Assembly: GCF_001194135.2 (NCBI RefSeq)
Contig: NC_068981.1
Span: forward strand, 36,580,815-36,621,601
DNA from: Octopus bimaculoides
Taxonomy: Eukaryota
Reading direction: 5' to 3'
Length of the DNA: 40,787 nucleotides
Shown: positions 1-12,428 of the stretch, piece by piece
Layout: each line of letters begins with the position of its first letter
How positions within the stretch are numbered: position 1 is the first letter of the stretch
The notes under the pieces: generated by a model
Seen by the model: only the letters and a program-made list of their open reading frames with translations
Told to the model about the DNA's origin: nothing
The model's database searches: none
Program-made: the position numbers and the translations under genes

Positions 1-55
<55 letters not shown>

Positions 56-63
56 ATATATAT

Positions 64-366
64 ATCATCATCATCATCATCGTTTAACGTCTGCTTTCCA
101 TTCTAGCATGGGTTGGACGATTTGACTGAGGACTGGTGAACCACATGGCTACACCAGGCTCCAATCTGATTTGGCAGAGTTTCTAGAGTTGGATGCCCTT
201 CCTAACACCAACCACTCCGAGAGTGTAGTGGGTGCTTTTACGTGCCACTGGCACGAAGGCCAGTCAGGTTAAAAATGGTGTATTTTACGTGCTACCTGCA
301 CAGGAGCCAGTCCAGCGGCACTGGCAACGACTTCACTCAAATGTCTTTTCCACGTGCCACCGGCAC
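64..366 (-). mobile_element. SINE-like family A copy ((GAT)n tail taken as 3' end)
   Basis: (CAT)n followed by cgtttaacgtctgctttcca...gggttggacgatttgactgaggactgg...gatgcccttcctaac; same sequence recurs at least 10 times in the window in both orientations. Confidence 0.8.
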
Positions 367-482
367 ATATATACAGATAGAGAGAGAGAAAGAGAGAAAG
401 AAATAGAACAAAATGGGAGAGAAGAATCTACCTTAGTAAGATTTGAAATTAGAGAAGATTGAGTTGTAAAGCATGCCATATC

Positions 483-609
483 CATCATCATCATCATCAT
501 CATCATTAAATGTTTGTTTTCCATGCTGGCCAGCCAGGGAGCTGTCCAGACTCCAATTGTCTGTTGTGGCATGGTTTCTATGGCTGGATGTCCTTACTAA
601 CACCACCCA
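483..609 (-). mobile_element. Diverged family A-related fragment
   Basis: (CAT)n + taaatgtttgttttccatgctggc...gctggatgtccttactaacacc matches family A tail and core with many substitutions. Confidence 0.55.
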
Positions 610-621
610 TATGTATATATA

Positions 622-1520
622 NNNNNNNNNNNNNNNNNNNNNNNNNNNNNNNNNNNNNNNNNNNNNNNNNNNNNNNNNNNNNNNNNNNNNNNNNNNNNNN
701 NNNNNNNNNNNNNNNNNNNNNNNNNNNNNNNNNNNNNNNNNNNNNNNNNNNNNNNNNNNNNNNNNNNNNNNNNNNNNNNNNNNNNNNNNNNNNNNNNNNN
801 NNNNNNNNNNNNNNNNNNNNNNNNNNNNNNNNNNNNNNNNNNNNNNNNNNNNNNNNNNNNNNNNNNNNNNNNNNNNNNNNNNNNNNNNNNNNNNNNNNNN
901 NNNNNNNNNNNNNNNNNNNNNNNNNNNNNNNNNNNNNNNNNNNNNNNNNNNNNNNNNNNNNNNNNNNNNNNNNNNNNNNNNNNNNNNNNNNNNNNNNNNN
1001 NNNNNNNNNNNNNNNNNNNNNNNNNNNNNNNNNNNNNNNNNNNNNNNNNNNNNNNNNNNNNNNNNNNNNNNNNNNNNNNNNNNNNNNNNNNNNNNNNNNN
1101 NNNNNNNNNNNNNNNNNNNNNNNNNNNNNNNNNNNNNNNNNNNNNNNNNNNNNNNNNNNNNNNNNNNNNNNNNNNNNNNNNNNNNNNNNNNNNNNNNNNN
1201 NNNNNNNNNNNNNNNNNNNNNNNNNNNNNNNNNNNNNNNNNNNNNNNNNNNNNNNNNNNNNNNNNNNNNNNNNNNNNNNNNNNNNNNNNNNNNNNNNNNN
1301 NNNNNNNNNNNNNNNNNNNNNNNNNNNNNNNNNNNNNNNNNNNNNNNNNNNNNNNNNNNNNNNNNNNNNNNNNNNNNNNNNNNNNNNNNNNNNNNNNNNN
1401 NNNNNNNNNNNNNNNNNNNNNNNNNNNNNNNNNNNNNNNNNNNNNNNNNNNNNNNNNNNNNNNNNNNNNNNNNNNNNNNNNNNNNNNNNNNNNNNNNNNN
1501 NNNNNNNNNNNNNNNNNNNN
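622..1520. other. Assembly gap (N run)
   Basis: Run of N; smaller gaps at 4448-4457, 14074-14379, 33165-33174, 35634-35681. Confidence 0.99.
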
Positions 1521-1737
1521 TTCGAGCGTGGCCGTTTTCGTGTGGGTGACACGTAAAAGCACCCACTACACTCTCTGAGTGGTTGGCGTTAGGAAGGGCA
1601 TCCAGCTGTAGAAACTCTGCCAAATCAGACTGGAGCCTGGTGTTGCCATCCGGTTTCACCAGTCCTCAGTCAAATCGTCCAACCCATGCTAGCATGGAAA
1701 GCGGACGTTAAACGATGATGATGATGATGATAATGAT
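1521..1737 (+). mobile_element. SINE-like family A copy, young
   Basis: Ends ...ccaacccatgctagcatggaaagcggacgttaaac(GAT)n; essentially identical to 33055-33276 and 37690-37870; CpGs intact. Confidence 0.85.
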
Positions 1738-2029
1738 ATATATATATATATATATATATACATAAATGTATGTGTGTTTTTTCAGTGATTACAAATAATA
1801 TGGAAAAAAATAAATAATCAGTTACCAGGGTAGCAAAAATTCACACAAGTAACAAGGATATAATAACCTATTTATAAAGGGAGAAACTCTGGGTTAAGGT
1901 GAAATGTTTTGTATAGTATAGATAAATAAATAAATAAATGGAGCTAAATGCAGCTGTTATTCAAATTGAAACCCTATTATATGCAAGAGCTAAAAACTGA
2001 AGACTGTGACCACAGAAGTCCAGAAATCC

Positions 2030-2225
2030 AGAACTTCAAGAAGTCCAGATCTCACTCCATGTGATTTTTACCTGTGGCGTTACACAAAAGAGGAAGTATA
2101 CAAGGCAAAACCTTGCACACTGGGGGACTTGGAGACACAGATTCAGGAGGTTGTCAATGATATCCCCTGGCCATTTAAGGAAACTGGTTGATGCCACCAG
2201 TAGCATTATGTTGAAATATGAAAAT
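2030..2225 (+). mobile_element. Tc1/mariner-superfamily transposase C-terminal remnant (DDxD type)
   Basis: Translates RSPDLTPCDFYLWRYTKEEVYKAKPCTLGDLETQIQEVVNDIP, matching the WPPRSPDLTPxDFFLWGYxKxxVY motif with Asp at the third catalytic position; frameshift afterwards. Confidence 0.85.
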
Positions 2226-3001
2226 TTTCTTTCATTTTACCATGTAATAATGAAATGCATGTATTTTAAATTAGATACCATAAATGATATTTTTATCTAT
2301 GTATTAGTAGTATTATGTTATACTGACAATTACCTCATATGTTTCATAAATAATTTGTTGGTCATTTGGTGCTACTAGTATAGGCTGCTTAATTGATGAT
2401 ATATAACAGTAATAGTCAAAATAGTCAAAACATCTATCACATTAGCTCTTCCCTCTATTAAAGGGACCACAACATGCTCACTCTACACCTTTTTGAATAT
2501 GCTGAAGATGAGACCATGAAGTTTTAGAAATGATGATGTTAATGGATTTGGGAACTTTACAATACCAAGCAAAATGGAAGGAACTCGAAATAAAATATGA
2601 ATATATGTAAAATACTAATTTATGAAAAAAACTGGATAAAAAATAAATCTAGAACATATATATATGTATGTGTGTAGTTGTGTGTGGGTATGTGTGTGTG
2701 TGTGTTTGAATATGTATATACTCATAAACATGTGTGTATGCATAGAAATATAATGATGTATGTATACATAAATAAATATATTTATGTATCGATGTACATA
2801 AATATATAGATATATATAAATGTAGACTTGGAAACTATATATGTCTATGTATGTGCATAAATATATATTTATATATGGTGTATATAGTATATGTATGCAT
2901 TTAATTGTATATGTGTGTGGTGGTGGTGTTGGAAGTTTACATGTATGTGTTTGTGGGAATTTAACACCTAACTTTGATTTGAAATTATCAAAGTTGCTCA
3001 C

Positions 3002-3073
3002 AATCTCATCCTTCCGTTTTCAATCACATCAGGGTGGCTTTGAATATTCATTTCTCCTTCTACAACCATAGCT
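3002..3073 (-). CDS. Candidate internal exon of an unidentified gene (AMVVEGEMNIQSHPDVIENGRMR)
   Basis: Minus strand: attatttgctcactctgcctag| 72 nt |gtgagc; one open frame, phase 2-2; no homology recognised. Confidence 0.25.
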
Positions 3074-3530
3074 CTAGGCAGAGTGAGCAAATAATTCCTG
3101 CTGTTCTGTCCAGCATAAGACACATAAAACTTCAAAAGACATAAAGGATATGTGACAAAATATTATTCTCTTCAATTTTTTTTTTTTAGTATCAAAAAAA
3201 AAAAAAAAAAAAAATGTAAGATTGCTATTCATGGCTTCTGTCTGATTTTATTTTTTTCTTGTTTCTTTTTCTTTTCTAAAGATATCTGAAGTAATAAAAT
3301 GATTTCTTTTGAAATTTTGGTTCGTTTCAATAGGAAATGTATATTTCTTTATATATTTTATTCATATATATTATGTAGACAAATATCTATCTACTACTGA
3401 AATAGAAATGAATCTAAGATGCTCTCTCACATCTTGTTTATTATCAATACCTTTTCATATTAGAAAAGAAATACATTCTACTCATATTGAAGGTGGAGTC
3501 CTGGTGTGTTACATCTATCTGCCTAACACG

Positions 3531-3559
<29 letters not shown>

Positions 3560-3568
<9 letters not shown>

Positions 3569-3636
3569 CATGCACACATAACTCTGTATGTGTGTGAGTG
3601 TGTGCGTATGTGTGTCAATACATATATCTTAATAAA

Positions 3637-3680
<44 letters not shown>

Positions 3681-3915
3681 CATACACACAATTACACATG
3701 CACACACACACACACATACACACACACACATAACTCTATATGTGTGTGCATATTTATGTCAATATATATCTTAATACATATATACATACACACACTCACA
3801 CACACACATACATATGTACACACACATACACACACACATGCAAGCACACACATATCTCTATATGTGTGTGAATGATTGTGTATGTGTGCCAATATATATC
3901 TTAAATACATATATA
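3560..3915. repeat. Three degenerate copies of a composite unit embedded in (CA)/(TA) microsatellites
   Basis: acacataactct(g/a)tatgtgtgtg...tg(t/c)caata(c/t)atatctta recurs near 3572, 3726 and 3848. Confidence 0.7.
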
Positions 3916-4149
3916 CATCCACACATTCACTCACACACATGCACACAAAATCACACACACGTGTGTGTATGTGTACAATCATATTAAATAGGTCAGGCTG
4001 AAATTAATTAACTGGAGATGCACAAAGAAGCATTGAATGAGATATGTGTGTACAGTATATTTAACATGGTCATGTACACTCAGATGTGAAAAGATCTTTC
4101 ACTGCAGAATTTGTCTCAAGAGAAATTCTTCAACATGTAGAGTATCTTT

Positions 4150-4396
4150 TCCTTTTATCTTCTACTTGTTTCAGTCATTAGACTGTGGTCATACAGGAGT
4201 ACTGCCTTGAAGAATTTTAGCTCAATAAATTGAACTACTGTACTTATATTTTTATTTTATCCTAGTACTTATTCTATTGGTCTTTCTTGGTGAACTACTG
4301 AGTTACAGGGAAGTAAAAGCAATCTAACACCAACGGTCAAGCAGTGGTGGCAAACATACACACACAAAAATGCACAAACACACAAACATACAAACA

Positions 4397-4442
<46 letters not shown>

Positions 4443-4525
4443 ATGGGNNNNNNNNNNCACACACACACACACACACACATGATGGGCTTCTTTCAGTTTC
4501 TGTCTGCCAAATCCACTCAAAAGGT
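4150..4525 (-). mobile_element. tRNA-derived SINE family B copy with internal (CA)n
   Basis: Reverse-complement match to 6531-6910 (gaaactgaaagaagccc, gcttgac, aaagagaccaatagaataagta, cagtc-aatgactgaaacaag). Confidence 0.7.
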
Positions 4526-4574
4526 GAAAAGTGTGTTGTTACATGTGGGTGGGGTCCAACTCTTCTACCACTCA

Positions 4575-5690
4575 GTTTTATGGACAGGTCTTCTCTAGAA
4601 CCTCATATCACCAAACATCTCGGTTCACTTTCATTTCCTCTGTGAGCCCCAAAATCCTAAGATCAGTCCTCACCATTTCATCCCATGTCTTCCTGGGTCT
4701 CCCTCTTCCACAGGTGCCATCCACTCTCGATGACAGACACTTCTGTATACAGCTGTCTTCACTCATACACATCACATGTCTAAACCAATGTATTCGCCTT
4801 TCCTGCATATTATATTTAATCCCTCTTATGCCTAACTTTTCTCTCACAGTTAAGCTTTGTCAGTCATGCACACTGATGTTGCAAACCCAACAGAGCATAC
4901 TACCTTCAGTCCTCCACAGTCAGAGCCCATGTCTCATTACTATGTAACATAGCTGTTCTCACACAAACATCATACAATCTACCTTTCACTCTAAGAGAGA
5001 GTCCTTTTACTGCCAACAGAGGTAGTGGTTCTCTGAATTTCCTCCATCCTATTCTTATTCTAGAAACAATACTTTCAGACCATTCATCACCATTACTAAT
5101 TTGGTCACCTAAATAGCAGAAACTATCTACTATCTCAAGAGAGCCTCCTGGGCATTTGAGAGAGTTTAAGTTCCCCGTGCTCTTAGTACTTACTGTTCCT
5201 GCGCATCTGCCACACATGAAAACGACCTTTTCTGATAACTTACCCATGATACCACTGCATCATTTATGCATCAATAGTTTACACTTGGTGTAGCAAATGG
5301 AATTACATCCCACTCCTTTCCTGCTTATTGAGCAGGGCCATTTATCTGCCAGAATGAGAGTCTTGTCTCCTTTCTCACTAACAACAACTTTAGTCTTAGC
5401 TAAGTTAACTTGAAGGCTCTTTGATTCCAGGTTTTGCTTCCAAACCTGGAACTTTTCCAATTCTGCTTCTGATTCTTCAATAATAGCAAGATCATCAGCA
5501 TATTGTAGTTCCTATGGTCATCCAGTTTTGAATTCATTTGTTATTGTCTTGAGAGCTATGATGAATAAGAGTGGTCTAAGAACAGATCCCTAGTGTACTC
5601 CAACTTTTACATTAAATTCATTGCTGTATTCAAAGCCAACTCTCACCTTACTGACAGCATCGCTGTACGTGGATGAACAGCTCTACCAAG
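4575..5690 (-). mobile_element. RTE-clade non-LTR retrotransposon, decayed RT and C-terminal fragment
   Basis: Minus-strand translation VKVGVH*GSVLRPLLF...ELQYADDLAII...LQVNLAKTKV...FCYLGDQI...GRLYDVCVRTAMLH...HWFRHVMCM...GRGRPRKTW; several stops and frameshifts. Confidence 0.92.
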
Positions 5691-5743
5691 CCACTCCTCT
5701 GCTCTTAGCTTCCTTAGAGACCACTATATAAGAGAGTAGTGAA

Positions 5744-5788
<45 letters not shown>

Positions 5789-6344
5789 CAAACACACACA
5801 CACACAGTGTGCGCATGCAAACACGTACGTGTATATATGTATATGTCAATAAGTATACATCTCACTAGATCCATTGAGGCAGAATCCATTCTCTGTCAAA
5901 CCCATTTTTTATGAAATATGATATGGCCACTCTACCCAACATATGTACTAAGCTGTAAGCTGTACTGGTATCTTCCTTCTGTACTGGACATATTCTACTC
6001 GTATATACACTCACAGACACACACATTCGCACACAACCATATATAAATATATATACATATATATATGTGCATGTGTATATACACACATGGGTATGTGTGT
6101 ATGTCTGTTATTTAATGCTGAAAGAAAGAGGAAAGAGTGCTCAATACATGTTGTAGAGAGTATAATTTTTAAAATTGGCTCTATAATTTTGCTGTGTGAT
6201 TCGAGTTTCATGCCAGTGTGATCATCAGGTGAAACTAACATGACTCAATATTGGTGGAGTACATAAATCTATTGATGTATGTGGGTGTCTGGTACTTGTG
6301 TTATTTAATTGGTTGTATGTAGTATCTATTGTAAAGTCTTTGTA

Positions 6345-6530
6345 TTTTCCATGCAGGCATGGGTTGGATGGCTTGACTGAGGACTGGAATGTTTCTATAG
6401 CTGGATGCTCTTCCTAATGCCAACAACTCCGAGAGTGTAGTGGGTGCTTTTTACGTGCCAATGGTACAGGAACCTGTTAGGCAGGCCTGACATCGATCAT
6501 GTTTGAGTAGTGCTTTTTATGTGCCACCGG
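6345..6530 (-). mobile_element. Diverged family A copy with internal deletion
   Basis: ttttccatgcaggcatgggttggatggcttgactgaggactgg...ccaacaactccgagagtgtagtgggtgctttttacgtgcc. Confidence 0.7.
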
Positions 6531-6910
6531 TGTGATAAGAAGCTTGCTTCCTAACCACATGGTTCCAGGTTCAGTCCCTCTGCATGGTACCTTGGGCAAG
6601 TGTCTTCTATTATAGCCTTGTGAGTGGATTTGGTAGATGGAAACTGAAAGAAGCCCGTTGTATATATATATATGTGTGTGTGTGTATATGTGTATATCTA
6701 TGTGTGTGTGGTGTCTTTGTGTTTGTGTTCGTCTCCCATCACTTGACAACCGGCATTGCTGTGTTTATGTTCCTGTAGTTTAGTGGTTTGGCAAAAGAGA
6801 CCAATAGAATAAGTATTAGGCTTTAAAAAAAAAGTCTTGGGTCGACTTGTTTGACTAAAACCCCTCAAGATAGTGTCTCAACATGGCCACAGTCAAATGA
6901 CTGAAACAAG
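6531..6910 (+). mobile_element. tRNA-derived SINE family B, near full length
   Basis: A/B-box-like head (taagaagcttgcttcctaaccacatggttccaggttcagtccc), core ggatttggtagatggaaactgaaagaagccc, internal (TA)/(TG), tail cagtcaaatgactgaaacaag; related copies at 4150, 27540, 35325. Confidence 0.75.
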
Positions 6911-6942
<32 letters not shown>

Positions 6943-7016
6943 GGTAAATTGAAATTTAGAAGTAATACTTGACAATTGTAAGCACCTCTGTATTCCAGCT
7001 AGTGGTTGCGGTGAAA

Positions 7017-7060
<44 letters not shown>

Positions 7061-7156
7061 ATATATATACATATATACATGTATACACACACACGCACAC
7101 TCACACACTCACACACACACTCACACACTCACGCACACACTCACTCACACACACAT

Positions 7157-8030
7157 ATAGATGATCTTGCTCTCAAACCAGATTCTGTAACAGAACTAGA
7201 AAAGAAATTCCAGGTGTGGAAGCAAAACTGGAATCAAAGGGCCTTAAGGTTAACTTAGAAAAGACTAAGCACTTAGTAAGCGGGAAAACAGACTTCAGGT
7301 AAATGGCTCTGTTTGACATGTAGGAAAAGTGAAGGCAAGAATTCTATACAGTGTACCCAATGCAAGCTACAGATATACAAGAGGTGCAGTTGAATAACAG
7401 GAAGTTTAACAGAGAAGGTAGTTTTTTGCATGTGGAAGATGCACAGGAGCCACAAGTCTACAGATACATGAGAAATTGATTTTCTCAAATTCTCTGGAGG
7501 CTTTCTAGTGGAGGAGATCTAATTTGCAAAGGAGGAGGATGTACAGAAATTGTAACTACTAGAATAAGAATAGGATGGAGAAAGTTCAGAGAGCTTTGAC
7601 AACCAAAGGTCTCTCTCTCCAAATGAAAGGAATGTTGTATGAGGCATGTGTATGAAAAGCAATTCTATATGGTAGTGAGAGGTGAGCCCTAAATGTAAAT
7701 GATATGTAAGACTAAGGAGGAATGAAGTGTCACTGAATGTACAACGTCAGTGTACATGTGTTACAGAGCATGAGTGTACTGAGAGCAACATTGGGCATAA
7801 GAGAAATTAGATGCAGTTTGCAAAAGAGAAGACTGTACTGGTTTGGTTATGTGATGCATATGAATGAGGATAGTTGCATGAAGAAATGCTGATAATTTAC
7901 ATTGGAAGGAACTTGTGGCAGAGGAGACTCAAGATGACATGGGATAAAATACTGAAAGCCATTCTCAAGATACTGAGCCTTATGAAGGAAATAATAAAGG
8001 ATTGAGATATCAGGCATCTTGCTGTACTCA
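7157..8030 (+). mobile_element. RTE-clade non-LTR retrotransposon fragment, decayed
   Basis: DDLALKPDSVTELEKKFQVWKQ...KWLCLTCRK...NSIQCTQCK...CGRCTG...RIRIGWRKFRE...GTCGRG; homologous to 4575-5690 in opposite orientation. Confidence 0.88.
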
Positions 8031-8379
8031 AAAAAACCTGCCCACCACAACGAAATTGATATCCTAAAGTCATCTTGGTAATGCTTGGCCATGAGGAGCT
8101 CTGCCCCATTATTATTTCTCCCACCTATTTCACCACCTAACATCCGTCATTCCTCTATCACTTGAGAGCAGAATAGGCACATACTACATCTCCCAGCTTT
8201 CTCAGTTGCCTCTCTTCATTGCAAACCACTTCCATTTTCCATTTTCTTCCCCTACTATCTCCACCTTTCTGAACCTTCACCCCCCGACTCCATGCTGTTC
8301 TCCACCATTAGCACCTCACTTATCTGCTGTCATCCTCAATGCCCTCACATATCTACTGCAATTCCTGCCCTTGAGCTGT

Positions 8380-8640
8380 TCCAAAGTTTCTCTCCGTCAT
8401 TTGCTGCAGTCACCTCTGCTCTGCCCACTCACCCAGCCCAAATCTCTGTATCACTTCATCTATTCTCACCAACATCAAAGCCCCTTAGGTGCATGTTCCA
8501 ACTCATTTTTGCCATCATCTCTCTTCCCTATTGCTCTTCTTATCTTACTCTATGTCACACTCTCCTTTCCCCCTCAACCAGGTTATCCATGTATCTACAG
8601 CAAGACACCTATCTCAGTTGTCCCTCTATACCTTTAATCT
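8380..8640. repeat. CT-rich dispersed repeat fragment (family E body)
   Basis: Reverse complement agagggacaactgagataggtgtcttgctgtagatacatggataacc resembles 37215-37265 and 39600-39650. Confidence 0.45.
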
Positions 8641-8746
8641 CTCATGCAGAAGATATAATTATTTTAGATTGCAAGGATTGAATTGCCTAACTGCCCTAAT
8701 GTCCAGTGTCAAAGAAAGAATTGACCAACAAAGGAATAACATTCTT

Positions 8747-8814
8747 ATTGGATTAATGAATCAAGTGCATCCAAAATCTTTTGATTTTGGATGCACTCGA
8801 CTCATTAATCCAAT
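8747..8814. repeat. Inverted repeat, 32 bp arms, 4 nt loop
   Basis: attggattaatgaatcaagtgcatccaaaatc-tttt-gattttggatgcactcgactcattaatccaat; two mismatches. Confidence 0.9.
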
Positions 8815-9923
8815 CAATCTTTTGATTTTGGATGCATTTGACTCATCACTAATTTTGCAATCAGGAATTTCATGGATAAATATCACCAAACTGTATGGCT
8901 GAATATTCATCACTCTATCAGAAAGACCCCACTACTTTCCATTCCAAATCCAAACCCATGACAATTGTTGCAACTTACTCCATTAAAAGAAATGTTCCTG
9001 CTAGAAAGATTAAATGTTGCCATTAATAAAGCTTTTGAGAGTTTGAAAGCAATCCAGAGAAATTTCTATCATATTATGACACACACAAAAAAATGTGATC
9101 AATGAAGTGTAAATATTTGAATTTATTGGACTAAAATTATTAACTTGCACAAACTGCTCCATGTCCTCAGTTGTATTCCTCCAATTTTCATTTAACAAAT
9201 GAGTTTGTTACAAAATGTGATTAAGTTTGAATGTTGTCACCATCAATGATCTATACTTCTTGAGACAATATCTCTACATTGAAATGTTTTTAGTAGGAAA
9301 ATTTAGGAAAATTTTCTTTCCACTTTTCTTTAGTTTTACAATTCTACAAATTTTTATTTCTATTCTTAAAATATTAAATAAGAGCATTACAAGATGAAAA
9401 TTAACTAGTGGAGCCTTTTCCAAAGAATACTGGATGCGTTTTTCATAGTAATGTTTTCAATACAGTCAAAGGAACCTTATAACACCTCATCTATCTCATT
9501 TACCTGCTTCTTTACTGGTAGTGAGATAAGAATGAAGGAGAGTGAGAAGAAAGATGTATGACAGAGGGTAGGGGATGACTGTTGAGTGATGCATGATAGG
9601 GGATATATGATGGGGTACTCAATATTCTGAGATATATTTTTAGTCAGGACAATGTAAGTTAGAGAAAAGGGATGACAGAACACAATGTGACCAAGGAGAT
9701 GAAGCAATGACAGAGACTCAGTATATGTGAGTGAGAAGGAGCAAGAATATGATGACAGAGTGAAAATGGAGTGAAAAAGTACAGGAGAGAAGGATAAATT
9801 TAGAGTGTACAGGGTACAACTGTCTCAAACATTTAGGCTTCATGATGAGCTAGAGAAGTTGACGATGAAGGTGATGGTAGGGGAATGTAAAGTAGTTGGT
9901 CCTTGTGCTAGTGAAGGTATGTA

Positions 9924-9978
<55 letters not shown>

Positions 9979-11269
9979 ATATTTTTCGTCCTCCATTCCT
10001 TTGTATGTATTGTATATTTATAATGAGTCAGTTCTTTTCCAAATTGTACTCTTAATAAGCTCTATCTCAAACCAGGCATGATTTTAAAAGAAAGAAAGAT
10101 AATTTTTGAACTCAGTTTTACAAGCAAAAAAATCTCTTACCAATTTTTCAGTCACTGCTACTGCTGCCACTTTCAAGAATCACTTGCTTCAATACTTATA
10201 GTAAAATGTCAAAAACCACTTGAGAGTTAGGTATCTTGGATAAGTACACAATAAAGAGCTGTTGACAATAAAACAACCATTCACCCAGCCAGGTTGTGTC
10301 ATATTCTATCAACTCAAACAATAATATGTAGAGGGTTAAGATGTCTATTTTCAGAAATGCAAATATAATAATTGGAATAAAGTGTAGATGGAAACTAAAA
10401 AAATGAGATTAAAATTCATTAACAAAAAAGGATATGTATAAAGCTTCATATGGTGTAACATTATCTTTCTATCTTTTAAAAATATCTGTTTTGAGACAGA
10501 GCTTTACTTGACACTTTGACAGTGGGATTTTCTGTTGTTTTCTCTAAGTAGGTTTGAAGTCTGAGAATTTTGTTGCAAGCAAAGAAGGGAAGTGAAAGTG
10601 GTGACATTCATGCCTTTAACCGAACAGAATTGGGTGAAATGGTATTAGTAATGTTAGGAGAAGTGAAACTGTTACAACCAGTAACCAAGATTGGTTTGTG
10701 AAGTATGCTTATTGCTTATTTTTATGGCTACACTTGCTATTATCTTGAACAAGAGTTACATTAAAATTTAAAAGATAATAATGAACAAATAAATTATACA
10801 ATAATACAAATGATCTGATGAAGAATTTGAATGAAAGGACTGTGACTGATATTAAGTTAAGATGGCAAGAATGGGAAGAAAGAAAATATAAACGAAAACA
10901 AAAAACAGAAAATATTCTTAAGCTATTCTTTGACATTTCTTTTCTCTGCAACAAAGAGTTCTTCATGAAATGTTAGATTTCCTCATAGCATAAAATTTAT
11001 TCCACTATTTAAACTATTTGTATTATTTAGTTATGTTGTTGTTGTCGTCATCTGAAGCAGATAAAGTAATTAATATTCTGCCTCTAATTATTTGTGCCAT
11101 TATATTTTATTTCATTTGACAGTGTCACTCCACTAGTTTCTCACATCACTCAATAAGTCGTAATGGACATTAGCTGTCACAATAATAATAAATAATGTCT
11201 TCTAACTTTCACACAAAGCTACAAGTTTGAAGTAAGAAGGATGTATTTAATTGAATTAAGTTGCAATCC

Positions 11270-11410
11270 TTGACTCATACTTATTTTAAGTTATGAAGAA
11301 CTTGGAAGGAGAAAAAGTGAAGCCAAGCTCAGCAGGGATTTGAACCAAGCATATAAAACGACATAACTAAATATGGCAAGGTATATTGTCTAGAGCTTCC
11401 ACGTTATATT
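11270..11410 (-). mobile_element. Decayed short SINE family D fragment
   Basis: gaaggagaaaaagtgaagccaagctcagcagggatttgaacc is a reverse-complement match to the ttcaaatcc...ggtcaactttgc core at 33740-33770. Confidence 0.45.
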
Positions 11411-12169
11411 TTGCCTGTGCATTCTTTTTTTTTTTTATAATACAATTATTTCTAACAGACACAAAGTTGCACATTTTGAGGGAACAGTAAACTACATAAA
11501 AATCAGCACATGGTTGGTACAAACAAATAACAGTATTCTTGATGAGACTTAGCGTCATTTCATTTCCTCTCGCAACAAAGATGACACACCTGCATGTTTA
11601 GTTATATTCTCCAAAATTTTTGTCATACTTTTCATGTGACCTTGTTGATAATTTAAATCCTCCAAATGACATTTCTTGTATTTATGCTGATGTCTCACCT
11701 CCATTGCAAGCATGTGAGCAATTTTGGTTCCATTTTATATATTTATTTGTTATTTGCTTGCTTGTGTTATTACCAGTATAAAACCGTGTTTGTGTGTGTG
11801 GCGTTGACTTTAGTTGCTTTTAGTTTTGTTTGTGTCCTTATTGGCTATGAATTAAAACAAATTGTAGGATATATATTTGTTTTATTTATTTGTTATATCA
11901 TATTATATCTTTTTATAATATAATTATATTATATTATAATGTTAATAAATTGATAATATGTCAATTGTATTTCTCTATTTCCTTTAATATTTATTTATTG
12001 AAATTATAGCATTTAAGTTTTGATTTTTTCTCTGCTATACTCTGGCATTTAACTGGAGAACCCATGAAAATTGGATGCTTTCCATCCCTTTGAAGGAAAT
12101 TGTTTTTCTTTGGATTGAATAATAGTTATATAATCAATATATAAAGTTTTACTATAATAAAATTTTATA

Positions 12170-12296
12170 CAGGGTGTCCACAAAGTCTGGGTACATGGGG
12201 ATTATCGCATACTTTAAGAAATTATTATTTCTTATATTTAATTGTTTTTGTTATGATTTTATTTACTCCATGTACCCAGACCTTGTGGGCACCCTG
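12170..12296. mobile_element. Tc1/mariner-type MITE, 127 bp
   Basis: 29 bp TIRs cagggtgtccacaaagtctgggtacatgg / ccatgtacccagaccttgtgggcaccctg (2 mismatches), TA on both sides (12168-12169, 12297-12298), AT-rich non-coding interior. Confidence 0.88.
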
Positions 12297-12428
12297 TATA
12301 TTGATCTGTCTAACTTGCTTATCCCTACAGTTATACATACATACATACATACATACATACATACATACATGCATGCATGCACACATGCACACACACACAC
12401 GCACACACACACACACACACACATATAG

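Noticed and set aside
433-1659. 300-400 aa ORFs across 622-1520, and similar ORFs across 14074-14379
   Set aside because: They run through N gaps; the flanking residues are family A SINE sequence.
10141-10258. Minus-strand exon-like unit with good splice sites
   Set aside because: Stops in all three frames and no independent support.
10809-10976. Frame NDLMKNLNERTVTDIKLRWQEWEERKYKRKQK
   Set aside because: Purine-rich composition, no splice support or known motif.
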